Source: Asterionella formosa
Taxonomy: Eukaryota
Reading direction: 5' to 3'
NCBI GenBank assembly: GCA_002256025.1
Contig: NKIB01013830.1
Location: forward strand, 1-50,659
Length of the DNA stretch: 50,659 nt
Shown here: positions 11,928-24,492 of the stretch, one piece after another
Position numbering within the stretch: the stretch's first letter is position 1
How the letters are laid out: each line of letters starts with the position of its first letter
The notes under the pieces: model-generated
Told to the model about the DNA's origin: nothing
What the model saw: the letters and a program-made list of their open reading frames with translations, nothing else
Database searches by the model: none
Position numbers and translations under genes: made by a program

Positions 11928-13235
11928 TTAAGCTATCTTGCTACCTTGCTTCTTGTTACATCTTTTACGAAATTCGTCATAATGATCAACAAGTAGTTGA
12001 ACTCTATTCCACCTTCGACTTTGTTTACCCCCAGCCACTGTTTCATTCAAGAAGTTGCGGTGTGAAGTAACATGCAATTCCATGCAGTCACCTCGCACAG
12101 TATGCGCAATATGCTGTGTGTCAGAACTTTCACAGTCAAGGTAACCATTGCTTTCTAATAGAATGTTATGGAGCATACAGCATGATGTGAACGCATTTTC
12201 GATGTGCTCAGGTCGAGACAAGTTGTTCCAGTTCTTAAAAAATGATCATCGACTTTTCAATATACCAAAAGTACATTCAATATCTTTTCGAACTGACTCC
12301 ACCATCATACCCCCTGCCCTTTCTTTTCCATGGTCATTGCCGTATTTAATTGGACAAATAAACACTGGCCATTGTAGGTACCCTCCGTCACAAATGAAAT
12401 AGTAGCCTTTACAAATAAAAGAAGACTCAACAGCGAGCACATTCCACTCTTGCCTGGTGCCAAGAAACGAATTTCTATCATGTAGATTGGAAACAGCTGC
12501 ATCAAACTTGACTTTGTGTTTGTCATTTCTTGTTCCTGGGTGTAGGTAGCTGATTGATAAAATCTTTCTTCTGTGATCAGAAACCACCTCAAAAACAAGT
12601 GTAGGATACCCCTTGGAACCTTTAAATATATTCTTCTGGTAGGCAGGACATCGATTCCATCCAATGTGCACACAATCGACTGAGCCTATACAACCTGGAA
12701 GCCCAATGGAACTGTAAGCATTTAGAATTTGTTGCAGTTGGTCATCATCTTCCTCTTCCTCTCTCAGTATGTATATATATTCATCCTTCTTTTCTGCAAA
12801 CTTTGAAGTCCAATGAATGAAAAATTTTCGGTGTACCTCTTTAGAGATATCAGTTTGAATATAAACATACAAATGGGAAGCACCGGTTGCTAGAGTGTAT
12901 AGAACACCCAGGAGGAGCAACTCAAGGTCCTTGCACAGAAGATTGGTGCAATCTTTCCTGTGCGGATCATACCAACCATTAGCTATTGTCATATCATACA
13001 GTTTCAAGAATATGTCGAATGGAAGACGAAAATTTTTGCCAAAGAGTCTTGCTTCCCATGTGTTCATGTCCAATTGTAAGATGCGCTTTTCGTTTACTAG
13101 GAACTTCTTCCACCAACATGACTCTTCCCTTGACACCAGAGGTCGTTTCTTTCTTTTTCGCTTTGCAGATGTTGTTGGATGGCAATAGCTGTTGGACGGC
13201 GATTGCTGATTCCCTCTTTCAGATTGAGCTTCCAA
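11928..13235 (-). pseudogene. PIF/Harbinger-type DDE transposase (Plant_tran/HARBI1-like), disrupted
   Basis: Motifs GLPGCIGSVDCVHIGW (D1), YFICDGGY (D2) and ESVRKDIECTFGILKSR (E). A stop and frameshift at ~12246 separate the C-terminal AFTSCCMLHNILL motif (ORF 11928-12221). Confidence 0.85.
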
Positions 13236-13895
13236 TAATATAATAATGCTACCCCTTTACATTGTAGCTTCAATGAAGATTTGATTGCTGTTTGATCTTT
13301 TCTAGCGAATATCACATAATACTGTCACACCATGATAAATGAAAAACACGCGACGAAGCTAGTATTTTCTGGTTCCAGCACTACACTGTCTCTATTTTGT
13401 TTAGACAAAATCAACCATGTTATGTAACAGTCGTACATAGTTTCCTAGTATGACTCCAAATAGATAGGCCTGATGCCTTTAAAGGTTGCTTTTAGATCCA
13501 TAGCTAGAGGTCTTAAAAGTTACAGCCATGGTCGTTTCAATGTCACTAGCTTTGGCGTTGTGTTAATTGACTTTTCGGGATATCAAATCAATCTTGACAG
13601 ATGATTACTATTAACTATTACTATAGTGTTTTATTGACAAGCCTCATCAAAAAACTCAGGGAAACTAGAAAAAGAGTTTTAGCATTAATAACGAACCCGG
13701 AAAACTGGAAAAATTTGACTATGGGCACCATTGTTGCTTGCATGTGCACATAATTTAAGGGAATGACATTACATATTTAATAAGGTGCATCACATAATAT
13801 ATATGATAAGAGTGAACTAAATTAGTTTCGACAGCTTCCATATTTTTTAAGAAACCCACATAACTTTTGTTGCTGCTGACAATATTTTTATGTAC

Positions 13896-14218
13896 GATCA
13901 TACAATCCTGAAACTAGTATGATGATTTACTGTCCCGCTGCAATTGCAGATGTCATGAACATATGATGCTCTGTTGCTCGCTTACTACTCCAACTATCCT
14001 TTTTCAATTTTATGATCATACAATCCTGAAACTATGATGATTTACTGTCCCACTGTAGTAGCAGCAGTCATGAACATATGGTGCTCTGTTGCTCGCTTAC
14101 TACTCCGACTATCCTTTTTCAATTTTATGAGCATACGATCCTAAAACTATGATGATTTACTGTCCCACTGCAATAGCAACAGTCATGAACATATGGTGTT
14201 CTGTTGCTCGCTTACTAC
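13896..14218. repeat. ~115-118 bp tandem repeat x2.8
   Basis: Units start at 13896, 14014 and 14129 and are similar along their whole length, with no unique spacers. Confidence 0.9.
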
Positions 14219-16652
14219 CTGGTACTCTGACTACCTGTTACCCCCAGTATATCACTTCCTACCTGCTACTGGTACTCTGTAAATATATAATAAAAAGTTA
14301 TTGTCATATGATGTACTGATACACATGAAGAACTCCCGCCCAAAAAAGGGGCTTCAACAATTTGCTACCAAAATCCTTGCATATAAATAATGATATAAAT
14401 GGGTTATGACTTAGTACACCAATTGAATGGTCTAAATAATTAGTTCCAACGGACGTAGAAAATATTGATGCAAACAAATTTCTAAAAAGAGTACCGGTAC
14501 ACGAAGTCGTGGAAAACAACGGACAAATAGTGCATTGAATATTTTCGAGTTATCTATATGCAAATATGATCATCTCAACAATAGCTACCAGACGTGCCAT
14601 ATTGAGAGTGCCTTTGATTTTTACAAATGTATGACACTTGATATTTTTGTAAATTTACAAATTTTATGACTATATACATGGCAAATATATTTGAAATTGT
14701 TCTGTCATGTTAACAAACAATGCTTGCTTCATGAAAAGAAATATCATAGCTAGTAAAGCACATGACAAGAAAGGAAACTTTACGCAATAACGAAAAACAT
14801 TGTGGCTTCGACAGATTGCGCCTTCGAAGGATGGAGTATGTTTAAGGTAATGAAGCCATCAATGTGGTACTTGGATGACAATCGTTGGGAGGCAGGAAAA
14901 CAACAAATTGTAAGCAAAACGCACATTTCCTTTTTTTCTCAGTTGATTCAACAGAATCAACAGATCGTTTCACTTGTTGGGGAGCACCAATATAAATCTA
15001 AACAAAATTGGTAATTGCTCTTGTCGTTGGGCCTATTCACTTCTATTGGAACATAACTCATGGACACTCCACGTTAACCTTCTCTCAAAGTTAAGCTAAT
15101 GAAAATGAATCGGTAAGTTTTATTCGACAACATTGGATACCTGAAACTTACTTCTTCAAGAATTTACTGACAATTTACTATTGCAGACTTATGCATCACT
15201 TGCTTTGATTGGTGGTAAGTGGCTGGCTGAAGCAAGAGGAAACAATGGAATGGCGTGATGTTGTGTCAGTGTAACATGTCTAGCTAACAAGTCGTTCCTT
15301 CTCATTGATACTGTAACTGCATAGGACAATAAAACCGATCAAACAACGGAAAAGTCGGCGAGTTCAGAATGACACTTACAGCAGGGAGAGAGACGCAATA
15401 TTAGTAAGGCATTGATTGGCAAAAGATTCAGAAAAGAGGAAGGAAAGGGCGAGAAAAGAACAATATACATTGAGCCAAGTAGAGAGAGAAACGTTGGGTC
15501 GCTGGCATGTAGATCAATAGATAGCATTGCTTAATTTGATAGTTATATTACAACCTATTTCAATCTATTTTTAACAATGCTTTTGATTAGAATTATGATC
15601 ATATTTACGATAGATTTACGACGAAACAATTTACATGATAACATAGAGTTTAGTTGATTTAAGAATGCGTTGTAGTAATATTTTAAATCTGGCAATCACG
15701 AGAATTGAAAATAATATGAGAAGGTTTATGATGTTGATGAGTAATGTGAGTAATGTTGTTGATCAGTTGATATACATTGTGTGATGATCATGTTATTATT
15801 ATCATCATACTTCAAGGTCGGAAAAATATTAATAAATCATCATAGTTATAGGATACCTTGATCATAGTTTTGATCCAAAAATTATCATACATACGAAAAT
15901 CTTGTGCCACTTAGTAGTGTACAATACCCTTGATCCTATATGCATGATACTTTTTATTTGCAGACGTGGTGTGATGGTAACCGAGTGTACTGATTGTTGA
16001 ACAGAGCACAAAGTAATCATATGCATGTTCCGCCAGCATAGCGTTTACACAATACATATGCCGGTATATATAGCTATAACAAGGAAACACGACAGGACGA
16101 TGAAAGTGATGGCTGGTTGTTGAGGATACCGGCATGTGAAATGCATTGATCCATATCACAAATCATATAATGGTGATGTACATATCACCACATCCGTATA
16201 CTTAGATCCTATCTACCGTATAATACTATCATATTAACTGTTGGCTTTTACTGTATACATTTAAAGTCGAATATATATATTAAGTAACATACTTTATGAT
16301 TTATTTATTTATTTTCTATGATGTATTGATAACACTTCCGTACATATTTTATCGTATTTTATTATCATTTTATTATTTTGACATGATCATATCTTGATTA
16401 AAAATATATCATAACCCTTAAAAAAATCATCATCATAGTTCTATGATCAATGTATCATAGCTATGTGATATACTTTATTCAATAGTAAAAATATCATATT
16501 TCGGTGATATATGCATCGATGTAACCCTATCGTGATATCACATTATCATCTTATCAATCATGATGAGATGATTGGGAACTGTTTTCTGCATTGTACTATG
16601 GAGTATGATATTATAACACGCACTTTAGTAGCTAAGTCACTCCTGTAATGTA

Positions 16653-17175
16653 CACAAGTCAACAGTGTACGTACACACTCACTAATCAGGTTTGAGGCAA
16701 CCGACAGTGGTTCCAACGAGCGAATGACGATACCACGGGTACCAATTTTTCCAGCGGCAAACCGCAATGATGAAGGACAATTGTACCTCTATTGATGAGG
16801 ATGACATGGACACCGACTTTTCCAGAAGCAAACAACAATGAAGAGACCCACTTGTCGCTCTATTGATGGTAACAAAGATGCGAACAGTGAATACAAGAAC
16901 AACATACCAATGAAAACAAGTCAACAGTGTGCTGTGTGTAAGCACACGCTAAGCAGGTTTGAGTAATTGGACAGTTCCAACAAGCAAATGACGATATGGT
17001 TATCAAATTTTTCCTTCAGCAAACCACAATGATAATAATCTATTGTTTATCATACCAATACCAGGCGGGTTTTCCATGAGCAAACAACAATGAAGAGAGC
17101 CACTTGCTGTCGCTCTCTTGATGGTATCAAAGATGCGGACAAATTCAATAGTAGATACAAGTACAGCATGCGAAA
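16653..17175. repeat. Diverged tandem duplication, two ~260-bp units
   Basis: Both units begin CAAGTCAACAGTGT and share GGTTTGAG, TTCCAAC.AGC.AATGACGATA, AGCAAACAACAATGAAGAGA and TTGATGGTA.CAAAGATGCG in the same order. Confidence 0.75.
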
Positions 17176-17189
17176 TGCGGAAACAAGCG

Positions 17190-17850
17190 ATATGAAAAAG
17201 AAATTTTAATCAGAATCTTTCTATAACTATAACAATGTGGATAGCAGTCTGCTACATTTTCGTATCTCCTTCTATGCTGATTCTCATTAGTAGATGTAGT
17301 ATCATGTCAGAATTGAAAATTTCAACGAGAACAAGTAGAATGTGTTTGTTTACAAATTGATTTGCAAGATTGTCATGCTGGTGGTCAACGAAACGGATTT
17401 ACTATTTGCGCTGTGTGCAGAACCATTGCGAGTTCGAATGATTTCTTCTCTGTAAACTCTTAGTAATTGAATGATTATGAACATACTAGGCTCACTGCAC
17501 ATGACGATTACTCAAAGATATAATGATCACTTGACCAACAATCGAAGATGTCGTTATCGCAAACAATTTTTCCACTTGTCATCGCTAGTATTTCGTTGAT
17601 GTGGAGAAAATCGGAGTGATGACAGATGGAAATGACGAGCAAAATTACATTACTTTAGCTGGTACATTATTCTAACAAAAAATTCAAATAGAAACAATAC
17701 ATATGATAATTAAATATAAATAGTCAAAAGGGTTACTATTTAAATTACAAGGGCATTTATCAAAATTATTAGTTTATATGACGAAAAATTATGATCAGAT
17801 GATCACAATCCTATGATGCATCATGGGAATATGATAGTTTTTATTTGCAG
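17190..17850. repeat. Dispersed repeat copy 2, terminating in TTTTTATTTGCAG
   Basis: Homologous to 3780-4451. The terminal ATGATA.TTTTTATTTGCAGACG also occurs at 15944-15966. Confidence 0.75.
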
Positions 17851-18960
17851 ACGAAACGAAAAGGGCAGGGCACCATTTGCTCCAGCTTGGCTTTGGGAAG
17901 CATTCTTCTCTTAACATCCGCCTGAGAACAGCAGCACTGGCATTTCACCAGCTATTTCAGTAGCAATATATACCGAAGCAAAAAGCAATCATTGTTTAAT
18001 GGTGTACTATCTGAGGAAAACAGTAGAGGAGACTAAAGTGAGTTAGTGTTGTTTTGTTAGAAATTTCAAATCTTTCCCCACATCTTCAACATCTCCTGGT
18101 GCATGCTTGCTTCTCACCATTAATTTACTTCTATGTACTATTTACTCCATCGGATTTGCAGCTTTTCATTGAATGATATCAAGATGAGAGAGAAGTAGTT
18201 TGTTAGTGCATACAGAGAAAGGCGAAGGAATAAACAATACGAACATAACAAAAGAAGCGCCGACAATCAAGGTTTGGAAACGACACCATTCTTGGTTGAA
18301 TCTTGAAGATCGTAACAAACCCGGAGGTAAGATTTGCTACCGATCTGCAGACATGGACCAAACAAATCACTACTACTTAAAGAGGTCTGGAGTAATCCAC
18401 ACCTGACACATCTCACCAACAAGCATTGTTTCATATACCAGTATACAAAAATAAAGGATCACTGCTGGTGTGTGTGTTGCACAAATGTGAATATACATGA
18501 TGCACATCATTGGTCGTGGATTATGGAATAAGCATCATGATGGAGTATTGTTTTTCTTAATTCCCTCTTTTGCCACCATTTAGTGACTCACCAAGGACAC
18601 CAGAGACAGAGTGCGTGACCACAATGAGGATGCAGCATATATTATTGCCACCTGCCTAACAAATGTCAAGAATATGATATCAATGGCCATTATGAGTCAC
18701 AAGAATTGCGGGCTCAACAAAAGTCCAATGAATCAGATGGAGCATTCCCATTTCAAGAATTTTGCAACAAGATTGATGTTTCAGATCAATCAGAAAAAGG
18801 TTTGCATCAGCGAAAAAGGAACTTGAAGAATAGGTTCTCATAGTGTGTAAGAAGCAGTGAGAATTGACAGAGATAGGTCAATAGCGAAAACTAGGAAAAA
18901 GGCTAGCAACAAAAAGTACAGTGCTAGTACAAGGACAGGTAAGGTCTACGTAAGGAGATA

Positions 18961-19048
18961 CCCGCAGAGGAAGGTCCGACAATCGAGATATTTAGCTGAA
19001 TCCTTTCTTAAGTACTAAACGTGTTTTACCGGACCTTCCACATGCGGG
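18961..19048. repeat. Family A ~71-bp inverted-repeat element, copy 1
   Basis: GGAAGGTCCG-AATCGAGATATTTAGC-...-AAACGTGTTT-ACCGGACCTTCC. The inverted repeat extends to CCCGCA...TGCGGG. Confidence 0.8.
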
Positions 19049-19511
19049 AAGGACTCCGAGCAATCAAATGCTTATATCGTTACCTGGTAGGTACCAGGTA
19101 CCAGTACCACTGGTAACGGATTAGCTATCATGATAAGAAAAGCAATACCGTATTCATTTTTAAAGAACCCTACGAGGGTTACTTCCTACCGCTTACTATG
19201 CCAAAAAACGGGAAACCACACCAGCAGGAGCACGGCTCGTCATGAATATCCTGCTCGAGACCCAGCGCATAATCAGCTGTTGCCCCAAATGTACGTTAAT
19301 TTAAGGATTTGGCCATGGCGACACATTCCTTCACAGATGCGTTTGCACAGTATATATAATGTTTATCATCCTGAATAGAATCATTGGAATCTGAGTTTCG
19401 AATCGGCACCCCTTGACCTCTCAAATTGCACTTCGTAGTTTTGTTGACTCACAGAATTTTCTCGCTCGACTCAACACACAGAGCTCATAAAATCAAGTGT
19501 GAAAGTAAACA

Positions 19512-20318
19512 ATGGCTGACGAAGGAGGACGAGGAGAAGGACGTGGAGGTTTCGGCCGCGGAGGCCGAGGACGTGGTCGTGGTGGTCGCGGCCGAGGCGG
19601 AGGTGAAGGAGGCCGCGGAGGCAGTGGACGCGGAGGCGGACGTGACGAGAACGTATGGGTCCCTGTGACCAAGCTCGGACGTTTGGTCAAGGAAGGAAAG
19701 ATTTCTTCCATTGAAGAAATTTTCCTCTACTCTCTGCCTGTCAAGGAAGCTGAGATCATTGATTATTTCCTCAAGGACAAGCTCCAGGATGAGGTCATGA
19801 AGATCATGCCTGTACAGAAGCAGTCGTCTGCCGGTCAGCGCACTCGTTTCAAGGCCTTTGTGGCACTAGGAGATTCCGCTGGACATGTCGGTCTTGGAGT
19901 CAAGTGCTCTTCGGAAGTTGCTACCGCCATCCGCGGTGCCATCACCGCTGCTAAGCTCAACATTGCTCCCGTCCGCCGTGGATACTGGGGACGTACCGCC
20001 GGTTTGCCACACACTGTCCCCTGCAAGGTTACCGGACAGTGCGGTTCCGTCCGTGTTCGCCTCATTCCTGCTCCTCGTGGTACTGGTCTTGTCGCATCCC
20101 CTGCCGGAAAAAAATTGTTGCACATGGCCGGTATTGATGATTGCTACACCAGTGCTCGTGGACACACCCGTACCATGGGTAACTTTATCAAGGCTATCTT
20201 TTATGCGCTTCGTAGCACATATGGATACCTCAGTCCAGAATTGTGGAAGGAAAATGCCCTCACTCCCCTTCCATACCAGGAACACACTGATTTCCTCTCC
20301 AAGAAGCAGGCTTCGTAA
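19512..20318 (+). CDS. RPS2: 40S ribosomal protein S2 (uS5)
   Basis: RGG-rich N-terminus, [54 protein letters not shown]. Strong codon bias, no intron. Confidence 0.98.
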   Translation: MADEGGRGEGRGGFGRGGRGRGRGGRGRGGGEGGRGGSGRGGGRDENVWVPVTKLGRLVKEGKISSIEEIFLYSLPVKEAEIIDYFLKDKLQDEVMKIMPVQKQSSAGQRTRFKAFVALGDSAGHVGLGVKCSSEVATAIRGAITAAKLNIAPVRRGYWGRTAGLPHTVPCKVTGQCGSVRVRLIPAPRGTGLVASPAGKKLLHMAGIDDCYTSARGHTRTMGNFIKAIFYALRSTYGYLSPELWKENALTPLPYQEHTDFLSKKQAS

Positions 20319-20692
20319 CATCCTTGCACACTTGAAAAAGGCTATTCAGCAACGATTATGGTTTGCTATCAATTCTTTTGACCGGGGGATGCTTGGGGCG
20401 AGCGGAGCTGCGTAGGTGGCCACCTCCAACCAGGAGTATTTGATAGTATTGGACAATAACATTACTTTTTATCATTCAACTCTTTGCTGTTCGCATAGTA
20501 GTAGTGCACACGATTTTGTGATTTACGCCGGCTTAAAGACCAAATACTAATCACTTGCAGCAGCAAAAAGTGTTTGTTTGGTACATGGTAGCACCTCGTT
20601 GTGGAAAATGAGTGTCGCTCCTGAATGGCATGTTGCTAGTAAGAAGCAAGATACCGAATCGAAACAGTTTTTACAGTGTTATTGGTCTCTCA

Positions 20693-22176
20693 CTATGCAC
20701 CATCTTGACCAAATTGTCTTGTCCAATCAGTGAATCGCTCCAGCTCGTCTTTGGACACAGACGTGACCGAGTGCTTCAACGCTTTTTCAAAATCACTGAA
20801 CTTCACAGGAGGCGCTTTCAGCTGATCGGGAGGAACATCCCACAACGCCATTCGGCGGGCGCCACAATACGAGCACGTATAGTTTGTGCCTGGCTTATCT
20901 GAAGACAGCTTAGGCGGACAGTACGCACAGTTGGGATATTGCTCGCAAGGAACCAAAAATCCTTCTTCGTCTTCATAAAATTGTTTGGCTTGTTGACATC
21001 GTCGTAGGGGTTCCATCAAGGCTTCTTTCACTAACACCTTGATGTCACTCCCACTGGCACCTTCAGAGACTCGTCCGAGCATTTCGAAATCCTCTTCCCT
21101 TAGATTATTTGGCGTATCCCCCAGGTGTAGTTTCACCATGAATGTTCTTGATTCAGCTTCGGGAAGTGGAATATATACACGCTTTTCGAATCGACGCCGA
21201 ATGGCGGCATCAAGCTCCCACGGGACATTGGTAGCTCCCAAAACCAACACAGATCCTTCCGATTTGCCTACACCATCCATTTGCACCAAAAATTCAGTTT
21301 TAACACGTCTCGCCGAATCGGATTCACCTTCGGATCTCGATCCACATAACGAGTCAACCTCATCGATGAAGATTATGGATTTTCCAGCTTCGCGAGCCAA
21401 TTCAAATAGGTTTCGTACAAGGCGTTCGGACTCTCCCTGCCATTTGGAAATAAGATCAGCACTGGAGATCGAGAAGAAGGTCGAATCTGCTTCAGTTGCA
21501 ACAGCCTTAGCCAGGTAAGACTTTCCTGTGCCGGGAGGTCCATAGAGCAGAATGCCTTTGAAGGGGACACGCTTTCCAGTGAATAGTTGTGGAAATCTGG
21601 TTGGCATAATGACGGTCTTGAGGTGGGACGAGCCGTGTTAGCAATATTAGCAGTGCCAAGAGAAATAGAACAACATATCCCACTCATTCTTTTAGCATCC
21701 TCCGAGGTCTTCGTGGTGCTTATGTTGGAGGAACTCTATTCACTTACCTCCTTCAACGATTCCTTGGCATTTTCCAACCCCGCAACGTCTGTCCATTTCA
21801 CGTTTGGCTTTTCGGTGACAATGGCACCGCTAAGTGCGCCTCGTAGCTTCTTTTTTTCTGCGTCATCTTCTCCAGCATCGTCACCGTCGCCCTTGTTCTT
21901 AGTTCCAGTCGCCGCTCCTCCAGCACCGCCCTTAGCGTCCAATTCCGACTGTTTTTGAAGGTAATCTCTCAATTCTTCCGCACGTTTCATGTACCCTTCC
22001 ACGCGATCGATGACAAGCTTCTTTCTTGCTTCGTTCTTTTCGTATTTCAAGCCCATGGTGAAGCGACCAAGGGCATCTCTGTAAAGACCTAGCGCCTTCT
22101 CATAGTCACCCTCATTGTCGGCTTGGATCGCCCTAGAGACGATCTCAATGGCGTCTGGGATGAACTTATTTTCCAT
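20693..22176 (-). CDS. VPS4: Vacuolar protein sorting 4 AAA+ ATPase, ~450 aa; exons 22176-21748, 21616-20693
   Basis: N-terminal MIT domain, EKPNVKWTDVAGLENAKESLKE, Walker A GPPGTGKS, Walker B IIFIDEVD, SRH AIRRRFEKR, C-terminal FGQDG. A GTAAGT...GCTAAC...AAG 131-bp intron joins the ORFs in phase 0. Confidence 0.95.
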
Positions 22177-22804
22177 TGCGTTCAATTCGTGCCGGGGTAC
22201 AGTATTGTGCAATCCTCCATCGATGATAAATTACATACCATTGATAGTGTAGGTATTCCGAGTACCAGCTACTATATTAACTACCAGGGTGGACTAGGTA
22301 ACGGTACCTGGTACTGGTACTTATGATTACCATCATACGACAATGCACTTCATGCTGAGTGTCGTGCGGTGAGTCGAGCAATATCCGTTGAAAAGATTTT
22401 ACTCTTGCTTTGAAAACTGGAGAAACAATAGCTCGTGAGTCATTCCCTGTCGTGCGAAAAAAATGAAGCCAATAATGCCCCAAAACAATGTACCGGTACG
22501 CTGGGCTAGCTACCAGGTACCGTAGTGGTTTCTCGATCATCTTTCACGGGCCCGACTGTGGTGTTGTGTCTTGTACTGCTGCTACCTAGAGTACCAGTAC
22601 CTGATACCTGGTACCAGGGTTTGCGTAAGTACCGCCGACGGTTGGGGCGTTTCCCGATCTTCGTCACTACATAGCGGTAGCTTGGATTCCATTACGGGTA
22701 AATATCCGACCCGGTAGATATATTACAGTGGCAACCAAAGAAACATGTAAACTGACAAGCCAGAACCTGATGACATAATACCTGAACATCCAATGATCAA
22801 GAGA

Positions 22805-23857
22805 TCACGAGAATTCGTTAAAGTTAACATCATTTGAAGAGACCCAATCTCCCCTGATAAGTGTGGGCTGAATTTCTCCGTCGTCATCATCATCCATGAG
22901 ATCCGACAGCAGCTCATCCTTTGTAGACTTGATTGCTTGAGCTTCCTGTTTGATGTTTCGAATTTTAACTGCTTGCTCTCCAATAAAGTAACCTGCTTGC
23001 GTCCACGACACCATTTCTTGCGTAGTGAATGGTCCATGAACTTGATTGTCCTGGTTACCTTGGTACTCCCATTTTACCTTTGCCTTGTCCTTCGGCTCCG
23101 GGATCTTGTTCATCACACCTTCTCGAGTCATTTGGTACACATCAACATCACCTTTGAGTAACAGGGCATTGGATGCTTCCGTCAGATCATTGAGCGCAGA
23201 TTGCGCCATGAGGTGAGTTTCATGGCCATCGCCGTTGCTTATGCCATGGGGTTTCCTTTGACGCTTGATGAGATTACCGTATCTCACGAGCGCTTGCAAT
23301 ACACTTTCATGGTCACTGACGAGCGGCAAAATTTTCGCATACAGTTCTTCCTTGGTCCAGTCATCCATCGGGTCATGTGCTTCTCCTGGTTCATCCGGTC
23401 TCGTCACAAAGTCTTGGTTTTCCAGGCTCTCCAGCCATGCATCGGGTTCGTCTCCCGGATTGCGTTTTCGAAATACGTAGGTACCACTTTCATCAAAAAA
23501 GCCGCTTCCGTCGTTCGTTTCAGCCTCCATAGTAAAAGCTTCAATGGGTATATCCCCACTCGTTTCTTCCAGCATGAGGCTGGTGATATTGTCAATATGT
23601 GTTTTCTCCGTGTCCCGTTCGGTCGCTTGACCTTGTCGCTGCAATCGACGTATACGTTTCGCTTCCAAAAGCGCTTTAGAGGATGGTACACTGGAACTGT
23701 CGTCGTCGTCGTCGTCGTCTGGTTCATTGATATCCGCCTCTTCTGGATCGTTCGGACGAGGGCGCTTTTTGGCTCGCAGATCTTCGTTATCGTCGTCGTT
23801 GGGGTCGGAAAATCGAACACGTCCTTTTGGACGTCCGTTTGTTCCTTTTGACGACAT
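22805..23857 (-). CDS. CD2BP2: U5 snRNP 52K protein (CD2BP2/Snu40/Lin1), GYF domain
   Basis: IEAFTMEAE...GFFDESGTYV and DAWLES motifs. C-terminal GYF domain KWEY...VHGPFTTQEMVSWTQAGYF. Confidence 0.85.
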   Translation of the reverse strand: MSSKGTNGRPKGRVRFSDPNDDDNEDLRAKKRPRPNDPEEADINEPDDDDDDDSSSVPSSKALLEAKRIRRLQRQGQATERDTEKTHIDNITSLMLEETSGDIPIEAFTMEAETNDGSGFFDESGTYVFRKRNPGDEPDAWLESLENQDFVTRPDEPGEAHDPMDDWTKEELYAKILPLVSDHESVLQALVRYGNLIKRQRKPHGISNGDGHETHLMAQSALNDLTEASNALLLKGDVDVYQMTREGVMNKIPEPKDKAKVKWEYQGNQDNQVHGPFTTQEMVSWTQAGYFIGEQAVKIRNIKQEAQAIKSTKDELLSDLMDDDDDGEIQPTLIRGDWVSSNDVNFNEFS

Positions 23858-24132
23858 TGTGCTTGCTGCTAAAACTTGTGAAATGATGTTATAACAACTG
23901 ATGGTGACACTTGTTGACTTTTCGCTCAGTTGTCGATGATATGAAGTTGGTAGTTTTGGGCTGTGATTTTTATATATTAGCTAGGTCTAGCTATATACCG
24001 GTATGCCAGTCACAGTTGATACAACTGCCATCAGTGAATATTATATATATATTTAAATTATATGATGTATACCGTATATTGGTAAGTGTGCGTGTGAAGT
24101 GGTACATGGTACAGGTACCAGGTGGAGGAACT

Positions 24133-24208
24133 GGAAGGTCCGCTAATCGAGATATTTAGCGTAATCTGCTCTGTAGTACAAAACGTGTTTCACCGGACCT
24201 TCTACATG
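24133..24208. repeat. Family A inverted-repeat element, copy 2
   Basis: GGAAGGTCCGCTAATCGAGATATTTAGC...AAACGTGTTTCACCGGACCTTC, with the same 71-bp span as copy 1. Confidence 0.8.
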
Positions 24209-24492
24209 GTACTGGTACCAGGTGGGTACCATATGCACATACGGTATCATGTGATGTACTGGTACATTGCTAATTTATTTTTATGACTCCCTGGTACCGG
24301 TAGACTGCTGGTACCTGGTACCTCGTAGCAGGTTGAAGTACCAGGTAACGGGCATAACATCATCATGATGGCTCATTTCACACGCACACACGGACAACAT
24401 GTTCTCCTTGAGTTCAAAATCTTTGATCAAGGCATTTAGACATCAAAAGTGATCCCCATTCCCTCATCGTCACACTCTTCATCACCATTGCA

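Noticed and set aside
13896..14218. CRISPR-like array
   Set aside because: Units are similar over their entire ~116 bp with no unique spacers, there are no cas genes and the context is eukaryotic. It is a plain tandem repeat.
18200..18826. Copia pol fragment
   Set aside because: Only a vague resemblance to the region preceding RT. No diagnostic integrase or RT motif.
19493..23851. Long antisense or alternate-frame ORFs over RPS2, VPS4 and CD2BP2
   Set aside because: Shadows of codon bias in the real genes, with no independent motifs.
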